From: Minisyncoccia bacterium
GTDB taxonomy: Bacteria; Patescibacteriota; Minisyncoccia; SW-4-49-11
Direction: 5' to 3'
NCBI GenBank assembly: GCA_044356725.1
Contig: JBIKVS010000004.1
Location: 33,351 to 97,350, forward strand
Length of the DNA: 64,000 bases
In this document: piece by piece, positions 27,073 to 37,059 of the stretch
How positions within the stretch are numbered: the first letter of the stretch is position 1
Layout of the letters: each line of letters starts with the position of its first letter
Notes under the pieces: model-generated
The model's input: only the letters and a program-made list of their open reading frames with translations
The model's database searches: none
What the model was told of the DNA's origin: nothing
Translations under genes and position numbers: made by a program

Positions 27073-27148
27073 TGGAGCCGAAAAGAGGACTTGAACCCCC
27101 GACCTACCGCTTACAAGGCGGTTGCTCTACCAGCTGAGCTATTTCGGC
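27073..27148 (-). tRNA. tRNA-Thr(UGU)
   Basis: Anticodon arm ACCGC-CTTGTAA-GCGGT; encoded CCA. Confidence 0.95.
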
Positions 27149-27300
27149 TATGGGTAATATAACTTTATAATGCACTCTATCAAATATATCACAATTTTAA
27201 ATTTTTGTCTATTGTTTGTACTAGATGAGATGATCGTAGACAAATTGCAAAATAAAAAGTTAAAGAATGGAAGGAACATATAAAGTATTATATAATTCAC

Positions 27301-27541
27301 TGTCCTCCTTTGGAGGAGGTGGCACGAAGTGCCGGTGGTGGATTGAGTTTAATATTATTATAAACAAGTGTTTATTTTAGTATTCCAAAGTATATCCACT
27401 CTCCCCCGTCGCAAATGGCATTTGCTCCTGGGAAACCTCACAGGTTTGACCAACCTTCCTCCACGGGAAAACTACCGTTTTCCCGACCCCTTTCCCAAAG
27501 GCCAAAGCCTTTTTTACGGGTACTCCCTCCAAAGGGAGACA
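27301..27541. repeat. Inverted pair of REP-like repeats, the second carrying a structured insert
   Basis: 27301-27342 (+) and 27395-27541 (-); the insert is shared with 62780-62884. Confidence 0.8.
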
Positions 27542-27594
27542 CAATAAATTTCAACCTTAAAGTAATGTCTGTGATATTTCTCATCTTTTTCATA

Positions 27595-29487
27595 TTAGGT
27601 AGAAGTAGATGATGGAGTGGTCTCAGGAGTGGGAGTGTCGAGTTTATAATCATCTTTCATCTCCTCCCATAATGCCTTGACAAAAGATAAGTCTGGTTGC
27701 CTTAGAGTACTTAAATCTAATAGTCCAAAATGTAAATGTTCTTTTGCTGTTTCTAGGTTAATCCCAGATACTAATATAAGATTTTGAAGTTCAGGGTGTC
27801 TTAAGATCTCTTCTACTACTGCTTTTTGTTCAAGATAGGCAGTATCTTTGGTAGAAGGAATAGACCGGTCTGTATTATTAAAGTTTATTGAGTTACGGAA
27901 TAATCTTCTAGCACTACTAAGAGCTGTTTTAAGAGCTAATGATTTTGACTTTTTTGGATTAACAGATATAGTACTTTCATAATAAGCCTTTACACAATCT
28001 AAATAATCTCCACCAGCTTGTTTTGCTGCCATAGCTCTAATATAGTGTGGTACCGGAGGACTAGCGAATCCAAATAATTCTTGAGATGCTTTATCTTGAT
28101 AATACATTGCTCCGCCTTCTTGAAATAAAACAGATCTATCACCTCCAATTTGGTCGGGATGAGTATAGAGAGGTAGTCCTATTTCCGCTGTATTTTCATC
28201 TTGTAAAACATGGACTATTTCATGTACTGTACCCTTAGTTAGGACATCTATAATAGACCTATTTTTAATTGGTATAAATATAGTTTTACTTTTAGGGTGG
28301 GTTTCAAACACAGATTGGTTGGGCTTTATATAACATCTCCATTTATTGTCAGGAGGTTTAATATTATTATCTATTTGCTCTTGATCAGAAGGATGTTCAC
28401 TTAATAATCCATACTCTGATAAAATTCTATCTAAATATATTTTTATTTGCTCGGGCTCAACACTTTCGAACTCCATTTTATTTATATCTAATCCTTGTTC
28501 TGCTAAAATTGAGGCTTTTTCTTGGTTTAATTTAATATGTTCTTCAGCTATTTCATCAGCTTGTTGGAATAGTCTATCATCGACTTGGTCATAATTTCCA
28601 TCTGCATTCATTTTGCCAACTCCATATCTAAATTTATCTAATTTATACTTTGATTTGTGAGATTTTAAATCTGATTCAGCATCTAAAATAGCTTTATCTT
28701 CTAACGTTACAGCTAATAATACATTCACTTTTTTAATTATATGTTTGAGGCTATATAATTTTGAATGGATTAGAGCTAGACTTTCTGTTGAAGACTCCTG
28801 CTCCCCATTTGTAACAGCCGCTTCTTCTTGGAATAGGGTTGACCTTGATTGTTCGAGTCTTGACCTTAGTTCTCTTAAGAATTCAATTTTTTTAATTAAC
28901 TCGTCAGGTTTTTTGATAAACATTAATTTCTCGGGATTATCCAAACCTTCCACATCTAAACTACCACTCTCAGTGATGTGAGGTGATAATTGCTCTAACA
29001 TTGTTTTGGTAAAATAATTAAGACTTTTTTTACCTAACAAACTTAAGGATTTAGAATCTAGTTTTCTTAAAACATCAATATTTTCTCTAATATCTATTGC
29101 AAAATTACTATTCTTAGAATCTTCGTCTGAAGATAATCTATCTAAAATAACTTTAGTTTTATCGGTAGAATTATCTAATAAATAAGCTGATAATATGGAT
29201 TCTTGTAATACATTTTGTCCCTCAACGGTATCGAAATATTCAGGATACAATGTTTTTACATTATACTCTATTGAATATGCTTGAGCTAATTCATTTACAA
29301 AGGGGTTTGTAAATTCTATTAAACTATTTTTTTCATCTTCTGTTAATACTTCTTTTTCCCTTTCTCCAGACAAATACTTTAGAATTTCGTTTAAAAGTTT
29401 CTCTGCAGAGTAGGAAGGCCTTTCTGGATATAAGGATCTTCTTTCAGCAGTATTTTCTAAAGGTTTTGGTGTAGTTTCAAAAGACAT
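27595..29487 (-). CDS. Zinc metallopeptidase, DUF1704/MATCAP-like C-terminal domain with long helical N-terminus
   Basis: IFIP..R.....VHEIVHVLQ.EN...FQEGGAM (HExxH plus downstream EG) and KD.AYL. Start placed at MSFETT. Confidence 0.6.
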   Translation of the reverse strand: MSFETTPKPLENTAERRSLYPERPSYSAEKLLNEILKYLSGEREKEVLTEDEKNSLIEFTNPFVNELAQAYSIEYNVKTLYPEYFDTVEGQNVLQESILSAYLLDNSTDKTKVILDRLSSDEDSKNSNFAIDIRENIDVLRKLDSKSLSLLGKKSLNYFTKTMLEQLSPHITESGSLDVEGLDNPEKLMFIKKPDELIKKIEFLRELRSRLEQSRSTLFQEEAAVTNGEQESSTESLALIHSKLYSLKHIIKKVNVLLAVTLEDKAILDAESDLKSHKSKYKLDKFRYGVGKMNADGNYDQVDDRLFQQADEIAEEHIKLNQEKASILAEQGLDINKMEFESVEPEQIKIYLDRILSEYGLLSEHPSDQEQIDNNIKPPDNKWRCYIKPNQSVFETHPKSKTIFIPIKNRSIIDVLTKGTVHEIVHVLQDENTAEIGLPLYTHPDQIGGDRSVLFQEGGAMYYQDKASQELFGFASPPVPHYIRAMAAKQAGGDYLDCVKAYYESTISVNPKKSKSLALKTALSSARRLFRNSINFNNTDRSIPSTKDTAYLEQKAVVEEILRHPELQNLILVSGINLETAKEHLHFGLLDLSTLRQPDLSFVKALWEEMKDDYKLDTPTPETTPSSTST

Positions 29488-29488
29488 A

Positions 29489-30349
29489 TTAGTTTTTAGA
29501 TTCAATTTCTTGTATTATATATTTAGTGATAACTTCAAATAAATTAATACCAGTAGTTGCCATAAATCCTTTAAATTGAGGAGCAGCATTTACCTCCATA
29601 ATATAGTATTTTTTAGTTTCTATATCCTGAATTATATCCACTCCTGCCATATCTAAATCTAGAATTGCCACTGATTTTATAGCCATATTTAACGCTTCAT
29701 CAGGGAGAGTGGCTATTTCTGAAGTCCCACCAAGGGATATATTAGATCTAAACTCACCTTCTTCAGTAGGGCTTCTCTTGATTACCCCAATTACTTTGTT
29801 TTTTAATATCCAAACTCTATAGTCACCATCATTTGGAATCATAGGTTGAGTTATTAGAGGAATTTCAGATTTTTGTACGGTATCCAAGATTGATTCTATA
29901 GATGAATGTTTCAGTATCTCCCTCCCTTTTTTCCCATTGATAGGCTTTGTTATAAACGATTGCTTATATTGAGATGTGAAATACCTTATTTTATCTACAC
30001 TTTTTGATATGAGTGATGGTATTATAGATATGTTATTATTGCTTAAATTATATATTTCAAAGGTTTTAGAATCAATATAATTTGGCTTATGTCCATAAAA
30101 TATAAATGGAATATTATTATTAATAAGATATTGCTTTAAGATAGGGCTGATATGCTTGTGTTTTTCTGTTAATCCTACAAGTACAAATTTAAAATCTTCA
30201 AGTAGTTTATCATCTATAAGTATCTTATTATTCAATAAAGCTACTTCAGTAAACTTAATATGGTGAAACGTATATCCATTATACTCAACAAGCTTTTTAA
30301 ATTCTATCTGAAATGACTCTGGAAAGTTAATAAATAAAATATTTCTCAT
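29489..30349 (-). CDS. RimK-family ATP-grasp ligase
   Basis: KP..GKKGR, DGDYRVW, EFRSNISLGG, AGVDII, EVNAAPQF.GF. Confidence 0.9.
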   Translation of the reverse strand: MRNILFINFPESFQIEFKKLVEYNGYTFHHIKFTEVALLNNKILIDDKLLEDFKFVLVGLTEKHKHISPILKQYLINNNIPFIFYGHKPNYIDSKTFEIYNLSNNNISIIPSLISKSVDKIRYFTSQYKQSFITKPINGKKGREILKHSSIESILDTVQKSEIPLITQPMIPNDGDYRVWILKNKVIGVIKRSPTEEGEFRSNISLGGTSEIATLPDEALNMAIKSVAILDLDMAGVDIIQDIETKKYYIMEVNAAPQFKGFMATTGINLFEVITKYIIQEIESKN

Positions 30350-30353
30350 ACAC

Positions 30354-31211
30354 CTACTCTTTAGTTGATATTAAATACTCCAGTAATAAATCTTCAACTT
30401 TAATATTAAATGTTTTATTAAAACCATAGAACTGAGGGTTTGCATTTATTTCAATAACATAAGGTTTATTATCAGAATCAAATAAGATATCTATTCCTGC
30501 ATATTCTAAAGATAATGTATTAGCTACATCTAGAGCTAGGATTTCTATTTCAGGGGATAGTGTAAATTTTTCACCAATACCTCCTTGAGATATGTTGGTG
30601 ACAATAGAATCTTTATGAGGTTTATTTCTTTTCATAGCTCCAATAACTTTTTTCCCAATTATTAAAACTCTAATATCCCATTCAATTGGAATATACTTTT
30701 GAAATAATATATTGTATGGTTTGTAAGTTTTATAATATTCATCTAATTTTGATTGAGAATCTATAATTTGAATCCCATTACCAAAGGAACCAGAGCTAGG
30801 CTTGACTAAAAATCTATTATCTTGAAAGTAGTTACAAATATCTTTATAGTTTAAAATATCAAATGACCATATAGTAGGGATTAAAGGTATGCTCGGATTG
30901 TTTTGAGATAAATATGAGTACTGTATAGTTTTATCATACTTATGAAATTTTAATAAAAATTCTTTATTTAATTGTTTGGTTGAAGATGGTAGTTGATTAA
31001 CATAAAAACTTTGTACTGGAGAACAATCAAAGTCTCTATGAATTGCAAAATCTATATTATTTAGGCTTTTTTTAATATTATGAAGTTCATGTACAATTTC
31101 CTTAGTATGAATTACTTCTATATTAATATAACATTTTTGAGCAGCTTCTATGAGTTTGCTAATTGTGTTTTTATCAGAGTTATGACGGGTAGTAAATAAT
31201 ATTGTTTTCAT
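30354..31211 (-). CDS. RimK-family ATP-grasp ligase
   Basis: VKPSSGSFGNGI, FQKYIP..WDIRV, TNISQGG, YAGIDI, EINANPQF.GF. Confidence 0.9.
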   Translation of the reverse strand: MKTILFTTRHNSDKNTISKLIEAAQKCYINIEVIHTKEIVHELHNIKKSLNNIDFAIHRDFDCSPVQSFYVNQLPSSTKQLNKEFLLKFHKYDKTIQYSYLSQNNPSIPLIPTIWSFDILNYKDICNYFQDNRFLVKPSSGSFGNGIQIIDSQSKLDEYYKTYKPYNILFQKYIPIEWDIRVLIIGKKVIGAMKRNKPHKDSIVTNISQGGIGEKFTLSPEIEILALDVANTLSLEYAGIDILFDSDNKPYVIEINANPQFYGFNKTFNIKVEDLLLEYLISTKE

Positions 31212-31284
31212 ATTAAGATAAAAGTATATAGACAGGGTTATTACTATCAAGTATAATAATTATTATAACATATAATGTATTTTT

Positions 31285-32253
31285 ATGAAATTAGGTATTT
31301 TTTTGACCCCAATTGTTGAAGAGGCAGAGAATAGAGGTATAAGTATAAAACTATTCCCAGAGATAAGTAAAACTTTTGCTATTTTACAATATGGTAAGCA
31401 TGAGGAATATATTCATAATACTTTAACAAATCATATAGGAGCTTCTACAACCAGGATATTAAAAAACAAGTATTTTCAATCAGTACTATTATCTGAAAAA
31501 GGATATATTACTCCCAAGACTCAAATAGTATATTTAGAGAAGTCCAAGAGAGATGAATTTATCCAAAACTTTAATCAATTTCCCTGCGTGGTTAAGCCAT
31601 TAGATAACTATGGGGGTAGAGGAATTACGGTAAATATTACAAATCATACTGATTTAGAAAAAGCAATTGAACTTGCTTGTGATAATAGTAAAAAGTATAA
31701 AGATAAATGTATAGTACAAGAAATGGTGAGTGGTAAAGAGGAGTATAGATTATTAGTGATTGGGAATAAAGAGGTGTTTTTTGTAAAAAGAACTCCATTT
31801 AGAGTTATTGGAGATGGTCAACATTCAATTCAGGAATTGATTCAAATATATAATGATGATGTTGTAAAGATTGATAAGACGAGATATGTCCGTATAGGAG
31901 ACAGTATAATAAACATATTAAAAGAACAATCTTTAACATTAGATTATATACCTAAAGAGCAGGAAATAATACAATTAAGTTATAAAGCTAACTCACATGA
32001 TGGTGGTTCATCTGAAGAAATGACTGACTTTTTGCCAGATGTATTAAAGCAGTTTGCTATTCAATTGTCTTTAGATTTTAATTTACCAATTGTAGGCATT
32101 GATATTATAACTAATGATATTAATAATCCTAATCAATGTATTTTAGAGTTAAATCTTACTCCAGGCTTAAATATACATGTAGCTCCAACCTTTGGAAAGC
32201 CAACTAAGCCTCAAAAAGCTATTATTGATCTATTGTTCCCAGAAACCATTTAA
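31285..32253 (+). CDS. ATP-grasp ligase similar to the cyanophycin synthetase / GshAB ATP-grasp domain
   Basis: VVKPLDNYGGRGIT, EYRLLV, R.P..VIGDG.HSI.ELI, AN.HDGG, GIDII, ELNLTPGL.IH. Confidence 0.85.
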   Translation: MKLGIFLTPIVEEAENRGISIKLFPEISKTFAILQYGKHEEYIHNTLTNHIGASTTRILKNKYFQSVLLSEKGYITPKTQIVYLEKSKRDEFIQNFNQFPCVVKPLDNYGGRGITVNITNHTDLEKAIELACDNSKKYKDKCIVQEMVSGKEEYRLLVIGNKEVFFVKRTPFRVIGDGQHSIQELIQIYNDDVVKIDKTRYVRIGDSIINILKEQSLTLDYIPKEQEIIQLSYKANSHDGGSSEEMTDFLPDVLKQFAIQLSLDFNLPIVGIDIITNDINNPNQCILELNLTPGLNIHVAPTFGKPTKPQKAIIDLLFPETI

Positions 32254-32269
32254 GTTATTACCAATAAAT

Positions 32270-33703
32270 TTAACTTTCTTTTCTTGGGTCTATAATAAAT
32301 TTTTTAAGGTCATTTTTCCCTAATAAAAATTGATATTTAAGATGTGATCTTCTAACTATAGAGCAAGTAATATTAGTTACTTCATCGCCAACTTTGACTG
32401 GTATTTTAACAAATGGCCTGACTGTATAACCATTTCCTGCTTTAATTATAGCTACTTTTCTCAGTAAATGAAATTCAGGTTTTTCTTTTAATTCTAAGTT
32501 TATTTTATCGGTTAACTTATTTAGTGCATTATATTTTATCTCCTCTGGTATATCTAAAGCCCTAAATTCTTTTAACACATCTCCATAACCAAGTTTAATC
32601 AAAAGATCCTCATCGATACTGGAGGAGTCTGCCCCTGTATCTACCTTAGCCAGTATTGTCTCTTTTTGATTATCTTTGCCAAAGAGGGTAATCTCTTCAA
32701 TTAAGCCTATCACTTGTCGTCCGGTGATTTCCTCAATTTCTTCTTCAATTTCTCCTCCGAATAGGTCTTTTGCTAGTCTGATGGCTCTCTTGATTGTCTT
32801 AACTTTAAGCCCTTTGACCTTTTGTAATCTTTCTTTGAGTGGGGCTAAATTGGCAATTTGAATAGCAAGTCCTGGTCGGGCATTGGCTTCCAAGACTACT
32901 GGTCCAGCATCGCGGTCTATGGCAATATCTACTCCTGTAAATCCTAAATTAGTCACATCAGCAGTACGAATAGCTATTTCTAAAATTGTATTCCAATAGG
33001 GTATTCTAATTCCAGCTAAATTGGTTTTGGTACCTGGTATGGTGTCTATGAACTTCTCTCGCATAATAGCATTGGTAGTAACTCCAGTGGCCATATCTAT
33101 CCCAACACCAATTCCTCCTTGATGTAGATTAGCTTTGCCATCGGATTCTTTGGTCGGAATTCTAATCATTGCCATTACGGGAATACGATTGAATACAATT
33201 ACCCGAATATCAGGTATCCCTTTATAGGCTAAATGTTTGAAGGATTTATTTAGTTTAATTCGCTCTTCAAAAAAGGCTATATCAGGGCTATTGGTACGGG
33301 AATATGTCCCGTCAAGAATATTGCTAATATGATTATGTATCATTGTCTCACTAAGTTTAACTCCTTTGGTTTTGACCCATTGTCTTTCTCCATCGGCAGT
33401 TTTCTTTTTATGTTCTCCAAAAATCACGACAATTCCTTCCCCTCCAAATCCAGAAGTAGGCTTCAACACAAAGCTTTTTGGTAATTTAGTATAGTCAAAG
33501 TTATTTAGCTTTTCATAAGACCTTACGGAGGCTATGAGTTTAGGAGTAGGTATATTATTTTGTTGTAAAACTTTTTTGAATTTGATTTTATTGTCTACTA
33601 ATTTGACCCATTTACGGTAGTTATAGGGCTTGATATAAGAAAGGTTGCGGGCATTCATCCCGAGTATTTTTTGACTAAATACGAATGCTTCCAGCCAATT
33701 CAT
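32270..33703 (-). CDS. Alpha-L-glutamate-ligase-like ATP-grasp protein fused to a retropepsin-like (RimK-associated) protease
   Basis: LGMNARN..YI..YN, GIPDIRVI, SDGKANLHQGG, LEANARPGLAIQIAN; C-terminal AKVDTGADSSSID...LLGK. Confidence 0.88.
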   Translation of the reverse strand: MNWLEAFVFSQKILGMNARNLSYIKPYNYRKWVKLVDNKIKFKKVLQQNNIPTPKLIASVRSYEKLNNFDYTKLPKSFVLKPTSGFGGEGIVVIFGEHKKKTADGERQWVKTKGVKLSETMIHNHISNILDGTYSRTNSPDIAFFEERIKLNKSFKHLAYKGIPDIRVIVFNRIPVMAMIRIPTKESDGKANLHQGGIGVGIDMATGVTTNAIMREKFIDTIPGTKTNLAGIRIPYWNTILEIAIRTADVTNLGFTGVDIAIDRDAGPVVLEANARPGLAIQIANLAPLKERLQKVKGLKVKTIKRAIRLAKDLFGGEIEEEIEEITGRQVIGLIEEITLFGKDNQKETILAKVDTGADSSSIDEDLLIKLGYGDVLKEFRALDIPEEIKYNALNKLTDKINLELKEKPEFHLLRKVAIIKAGNGYTVRPFVKIPVKVGDEVTNITCSIVRRSHLKYQFLLGKNDLKKFIIDPRKES

Positions 33704-33706
33704 AGC

Positions 33707-34348
33707 TTATTGATTGCTAATAATCTTACGGAAACGAATGTATTCAGAAATTCTAAGTCCTTCATATCTACCAAGGAATATAATTCCGGCAAATACCACT
33801 AAAATTATCCATGGATTATAGAATACTAAATCTCGAAGTTGGGTGGTGGTCATTATGAGATTTCCAATTGAGGATAATACTAAAGTTTCTACGGATAAAA
33901 TTACAGCTGTACGATAACCTTTTTCCATCTGAGCATTGATAAACTTCTCTACTAAGGTGATAATTATCAAAATTTGGTAAATCGAGGCTTGGACGAATAT
34001 GGTGCTATCTGAGAATATACCCCAAATAAGACTAAAGAACATAGATAATGCTGTAATAGATAAGATTAAGGCCATCTTAGGTAAATATAATATTCTAATT
34101 TTCCTCAATAAAAATCTCACTACAGAAGCTACTACAAGGGAGACAACAAAAATACTAACTCCATACTTAAAACCAATTTCAGTCAAAGCAAAAGTTATAA
34201 TTAGTGGAGTATAAATACCAAAAGCTTTAATTCCAACCACTTGTCTAGCAGCCACAATAAAACCAGCCATAATTGGAAACATTAACAAAATGTCTATGGT
34301 TTCCCGTGGCACATCATTTCTTAGTAGGTAATCAAAGAATATATCCAT
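33707..34348 (-). CDS. 7TM transglutaminase-associated (7TM_transglut-like) membrane protein
   Basis: LL.FPI....V..RQVVGIKAFGIYTP..I, C-terminal GRYEGLRISEY.RF; typical partner of this ligase family. Confidence 0.85.
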   Translation of the reverse strand: MDIFFDYLLRNDVPRETIDILLMFPIMAGFIVAARQVVGIKAFGIYTPLIITFALTEIGFKYGVSIFVVSLVVASVVRFLLRKIRILYLPKMALILSITALSMFFSLIWGIFSDSTIFVQASIYQILIIITLVEKFINAQMEKGYRTAVILSVETLVLSSIGNLIMTTTQLRDLVFYNPWIILVVFAGIIFLGRYEGLRISEYIRFRKIISNQ

Positions 34349-34431
34349 ATAAGTATTAAAAACTAATTGAGATTATTGTATTATTTTGCTATAGTATAAC
34401 ATAATAATATATTTTGACTAGTAGCAAATTT

Positions 34432-35811
34432 ATGGACAGATCAGTATACGATAATTATAGCTTACATAAGGGAAAATTTCAAACTAAACCTGGATTAACT
34501 CGAGAAGTAATTGTAGAAATATCTAAACAAAAAAACGAGCCTACTTGGATGTTGGAGAAGAGACTAAAAGCTTTTGAATTATATCAAAAAACTCTTTTAC
34601 CAAATTGGGGACCTAGTTTAGATGGTCTGGATTTGGATAAAATTATTTATTTTAGCCGTCCAGATGCGGTGGAGTCTAAGACTTGGGAGGATGTGCCACA
34701 GGATATTCGGGATACTTTTGACAAATTAGGTATTCCAGAGGCTGAAAAACAGGCTCTAGGAGGTGTTGGAGCTCAATATGACTCAGATATGGTGTATCAT
34801 AATTTAAAGCAGGACCTCAAGGACAAAGGAGTGATTTTTGAGAATATGGATACGGCTTTGCAGGAATATCCAGATTTAGTGAAGAAATATTTTATGACTC
34901 AATGTATTCCTATCAATGACCATAAATTTATTATGCTGCATGCCTCGGTTTGGAGTGGAGGGACTTTTATTTATGTGCCAAAAGGAGTGAAAGTAGAGCT
35001 GCCGCTACAGGCTTACTTTAGAATGAATATGGAGGCGGGAGGACAGTTTGAGCATACTTTAATAATTGCGGATGAGGGTTCAGAGCTGACATATATTGAA
35101 GGTTGTTCCGCCCCTAGATGGAATGCTTCAGCCTTGCATGCAGGTGGAGTTGAGATTTTTGTCCATCGAGGGGCTCAAGTTAAGTATATTAGTATAGAGA
35201 ATTGGAGTAAAAATACCTATAATCTAAATACCAAAAGAGCTCTAGTAGATGCTTATGGTACAATTGAATGGTTAAATGGTAATATGGGTAGTGGTGTTAC
35301 TATGTTATATCCTTGTAGTATATTAAGGGGAGAATATGCTCGCTCAGATAGCCTCGGGATAGCCTTTGCTGGCGAGGGTCAAGAGCAAGATACTGGCTCT
35401 AAGGTTATTCATGTAGCTCCAAACACAAAATCTACCATTAGCGCGAAGAGTATTTCTCAAGATAATGGAATATCTTCATATAGGGGGCTTGTTAAAATTT
35501 TACCCAAAGCAGTGGGGAGTGAATCTCATATTGTCTGCGATGCTCTTCTTATGAATGATGGAGCCAAGTCCGATACCTATCCTGTGATGCAGGTGGAAAC
35601 TAGCGATGCTCAAATTGGACATGAGGCTAGAGTGGGAAAAGTCGGGGAGGAAGAAGTTTTTTATTTAATGAGTAGGGGGATGACCGAGTCAGAGGCTCGT
35701 AAAATGATAGTTAATGGTTTTATAGAACCAGTTGTAAAGGCTTTGCCTCTGGAATATGCAATTGAACTTAATCGTTTAATCGAAATTGAAATTACTGATT
35801 CAGCTACTTAA
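34432..35811 (+). CDS. sufB: Fe-S cluster assembly protein SufB
   Basis: GL...VI.EIS..KNEP.WM, AVWSGG-like motif, GQFEHTLII, YIEGCSAP, YLMSRG. Confidence 0.96.
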   Translation: MDRSVYDNYSLHKGKFQTKPGLTREVIVEISKQKNEPTWMLEKRLKAFELYQKTLLPNWGPSLDGLDLDKIIYFSRPDAVESKTWEDVPQDIRDTFDKLGIPEAEKQALGGVGAQYDSDMVYHNLKQDLKDKGVIFENMDTALQEYPDLVKKYFMTQCIPINDHKFIMLHASVWSGGTFIYVPKGVKVELPLQAYFRMNMEAGGQFEHTLIIADEGSELTYIEGCSAPRWNASALHAGGVEIFVHRGAQVKYISIENWSKNTYNLNTKRALVDAYGTIEWLNGNMGSGVTMLYPCSILRGEYARSDSLGIAFAGEGQEQDTGSKVIHVAPNTKSTISAKSISQDNGISSYRGLVKILPKAVGSESHIVCDALLMNDGAKSDTYPVMQVETSDAQIGHEARVGKVGEEEVFYLMSRGMTESEARKMIVNGFIEPVVKALPLEYAIELNRLIEIEITDSAT

Positions 35812-35814
35812 AAT

Positions 35815-36471
35815 ATGTCAATTTATACTACTACCACCCCCGCAGATGAAAAATATCTGGTTATAAAATCTAGAAACAAAGCAGTTTTAGATATTCTCGA
35901 TTTATCACCCAATACAATTATCCATATTGCCGAACAGGCTCAATTAGAATTAAGTATAGTAGCCGGAGAGTATAATCATAATCTTAATATTATTTTGACC
36001 AAAGGAGCTAAACTGAATATTATGGAGAAAGAAAACTGGAGTGGGAATTTACATTGGACTATAGATTTAATAGAACCATACTCAGAGGTCAAATATATAA
36101 CCCGTCTGGAGGTAGAAAAAAATTCTAATAATTTTATTAAAATCAATCATCAAGCTGCTTATACTCAATCTAAAGTCGATTCGAGATATTGTGTTATTAG
36201 TCAAAACAAAATTCAACAACATACTATTATAGATATACCCAAAAATATTAAATATTGCCAAGCTAGTCAATCGGCGGAAATTTTGTTATTAACTGACCGA
36301 CCGCAAATCAAAATTATACCCGAGCTCAGAGTAGCCACTGATAATAGTAATGCCAGTCACGGAGTGTCTATACATTCAATTCGAGAGACAGATATATTTT
36401 ATCTAATGGCTCGAGGCATCAGCCAGGCAAAAGCAATCAAAATTCTCAAAAAAGGCTTTTTGGAAGGGTAG
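35815..36471 (+). CDS. sufD: SufD-like protein (short)
   Basis: IPELRV...NASHGVSI....IFYLMARGI. Confidence 0.8.
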   Translation: MSIYTTTTPADEKYLVIKSRNKAVLDILDLSPNTIIHIAEQAQLELSIVAGEYNHNLNIILTKGAKLNIMEKENWSGNLHWTIDLIEPYSEVKYITRLEVEKNSNNFIKINHQAAYTQSKVDSRYCVISQNKIQQHTIIDIPKNIKYCQASQSAEILLLTDRPQIKIIPELRVATDNSNASHGVSIHSIRETDIFYLMARGISQAKAIKILKKGFLEG

Positions 36472-36496
36472 AGAGTTTGTGGTATGATTAGAGTAT

Positions 36497-37057
36497 ATGA
36501 GTAATATAATTATAATTCATGGTACTGGTGGGAGCCCTAATCTTAATTGGTTTCCATGGCTTAAGTCTGAACTTGAAAGTTCAGACTATAAGGTTTTTAT
36601 CCCCACTTTTCCTACTCCAGAAAATCAAAATATAAATAATTGGCTTAAGGTATTTGAAGAGTATAGGAAGTATTTAGATAATGAATCTATAGTGATTGGA
36701 CACAGCTTAGGAGTAGCTTTTCTAATGAATATTATTGAAAGTATAGACTTTGAAATTAAATCAGCTTTTTTTGTAGCTGGGTTTTCTAGTCTTTTAGATA
36801 ATTCTGAATTTGATATACTGAATCACACATTTGTAAATAAGAGTTTTAATTGGTCTAAAATAAAGAAAAACTGTAAAAATTTTTATGTTATTAATTCAGA
36901 CAATGATCCATATGTAGATCTTGAAAAAGGATATTTTATTGCAAAAAAGTTAGATACTAAAATAATTATATTAGAGAAAGCCGGACATATTAATCAAGAC
37001 TCAGGATATAAAGAGTTCCCGTTTTTGCTGAATTTAATAAAAAATGATTTGTTATAG
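36497..37057 (+). CDS. RBBP9/YdeN-family serine hydrolase
   Basis: IIHG....NWFPWL, GHSLG, SDNDPYV, AGHIN. Confidence 0.9.
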   Translation: MSNIIIIHGTGGSPNLNWFPWLKSELESSDYKVFIPTFPTPENQNINNWLKVFEEYRKYLDNESIVIGHSLGVAFLMNIIESIDFEIKSAFFVAGFSSLLDNSEFDILNHTFVNKSFNWSKIKKNCKNFYVINSDNDPYVDLEKGYFIAKKLDTKIIILEKAGHINQDSGYKEFPFLLNLIKNDLL

Positions 37058-37059
37058 TT

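Noticed and set aside
27415-27653. 65-aa and 71-aa ORFs
   Set aside because: Lie across the structured repeat element.
34298-34314. parS-like ggtttcccgtggcaca
   Set aside because: Several mismatches, not palindromic, and inside a CDS far from the other sites.
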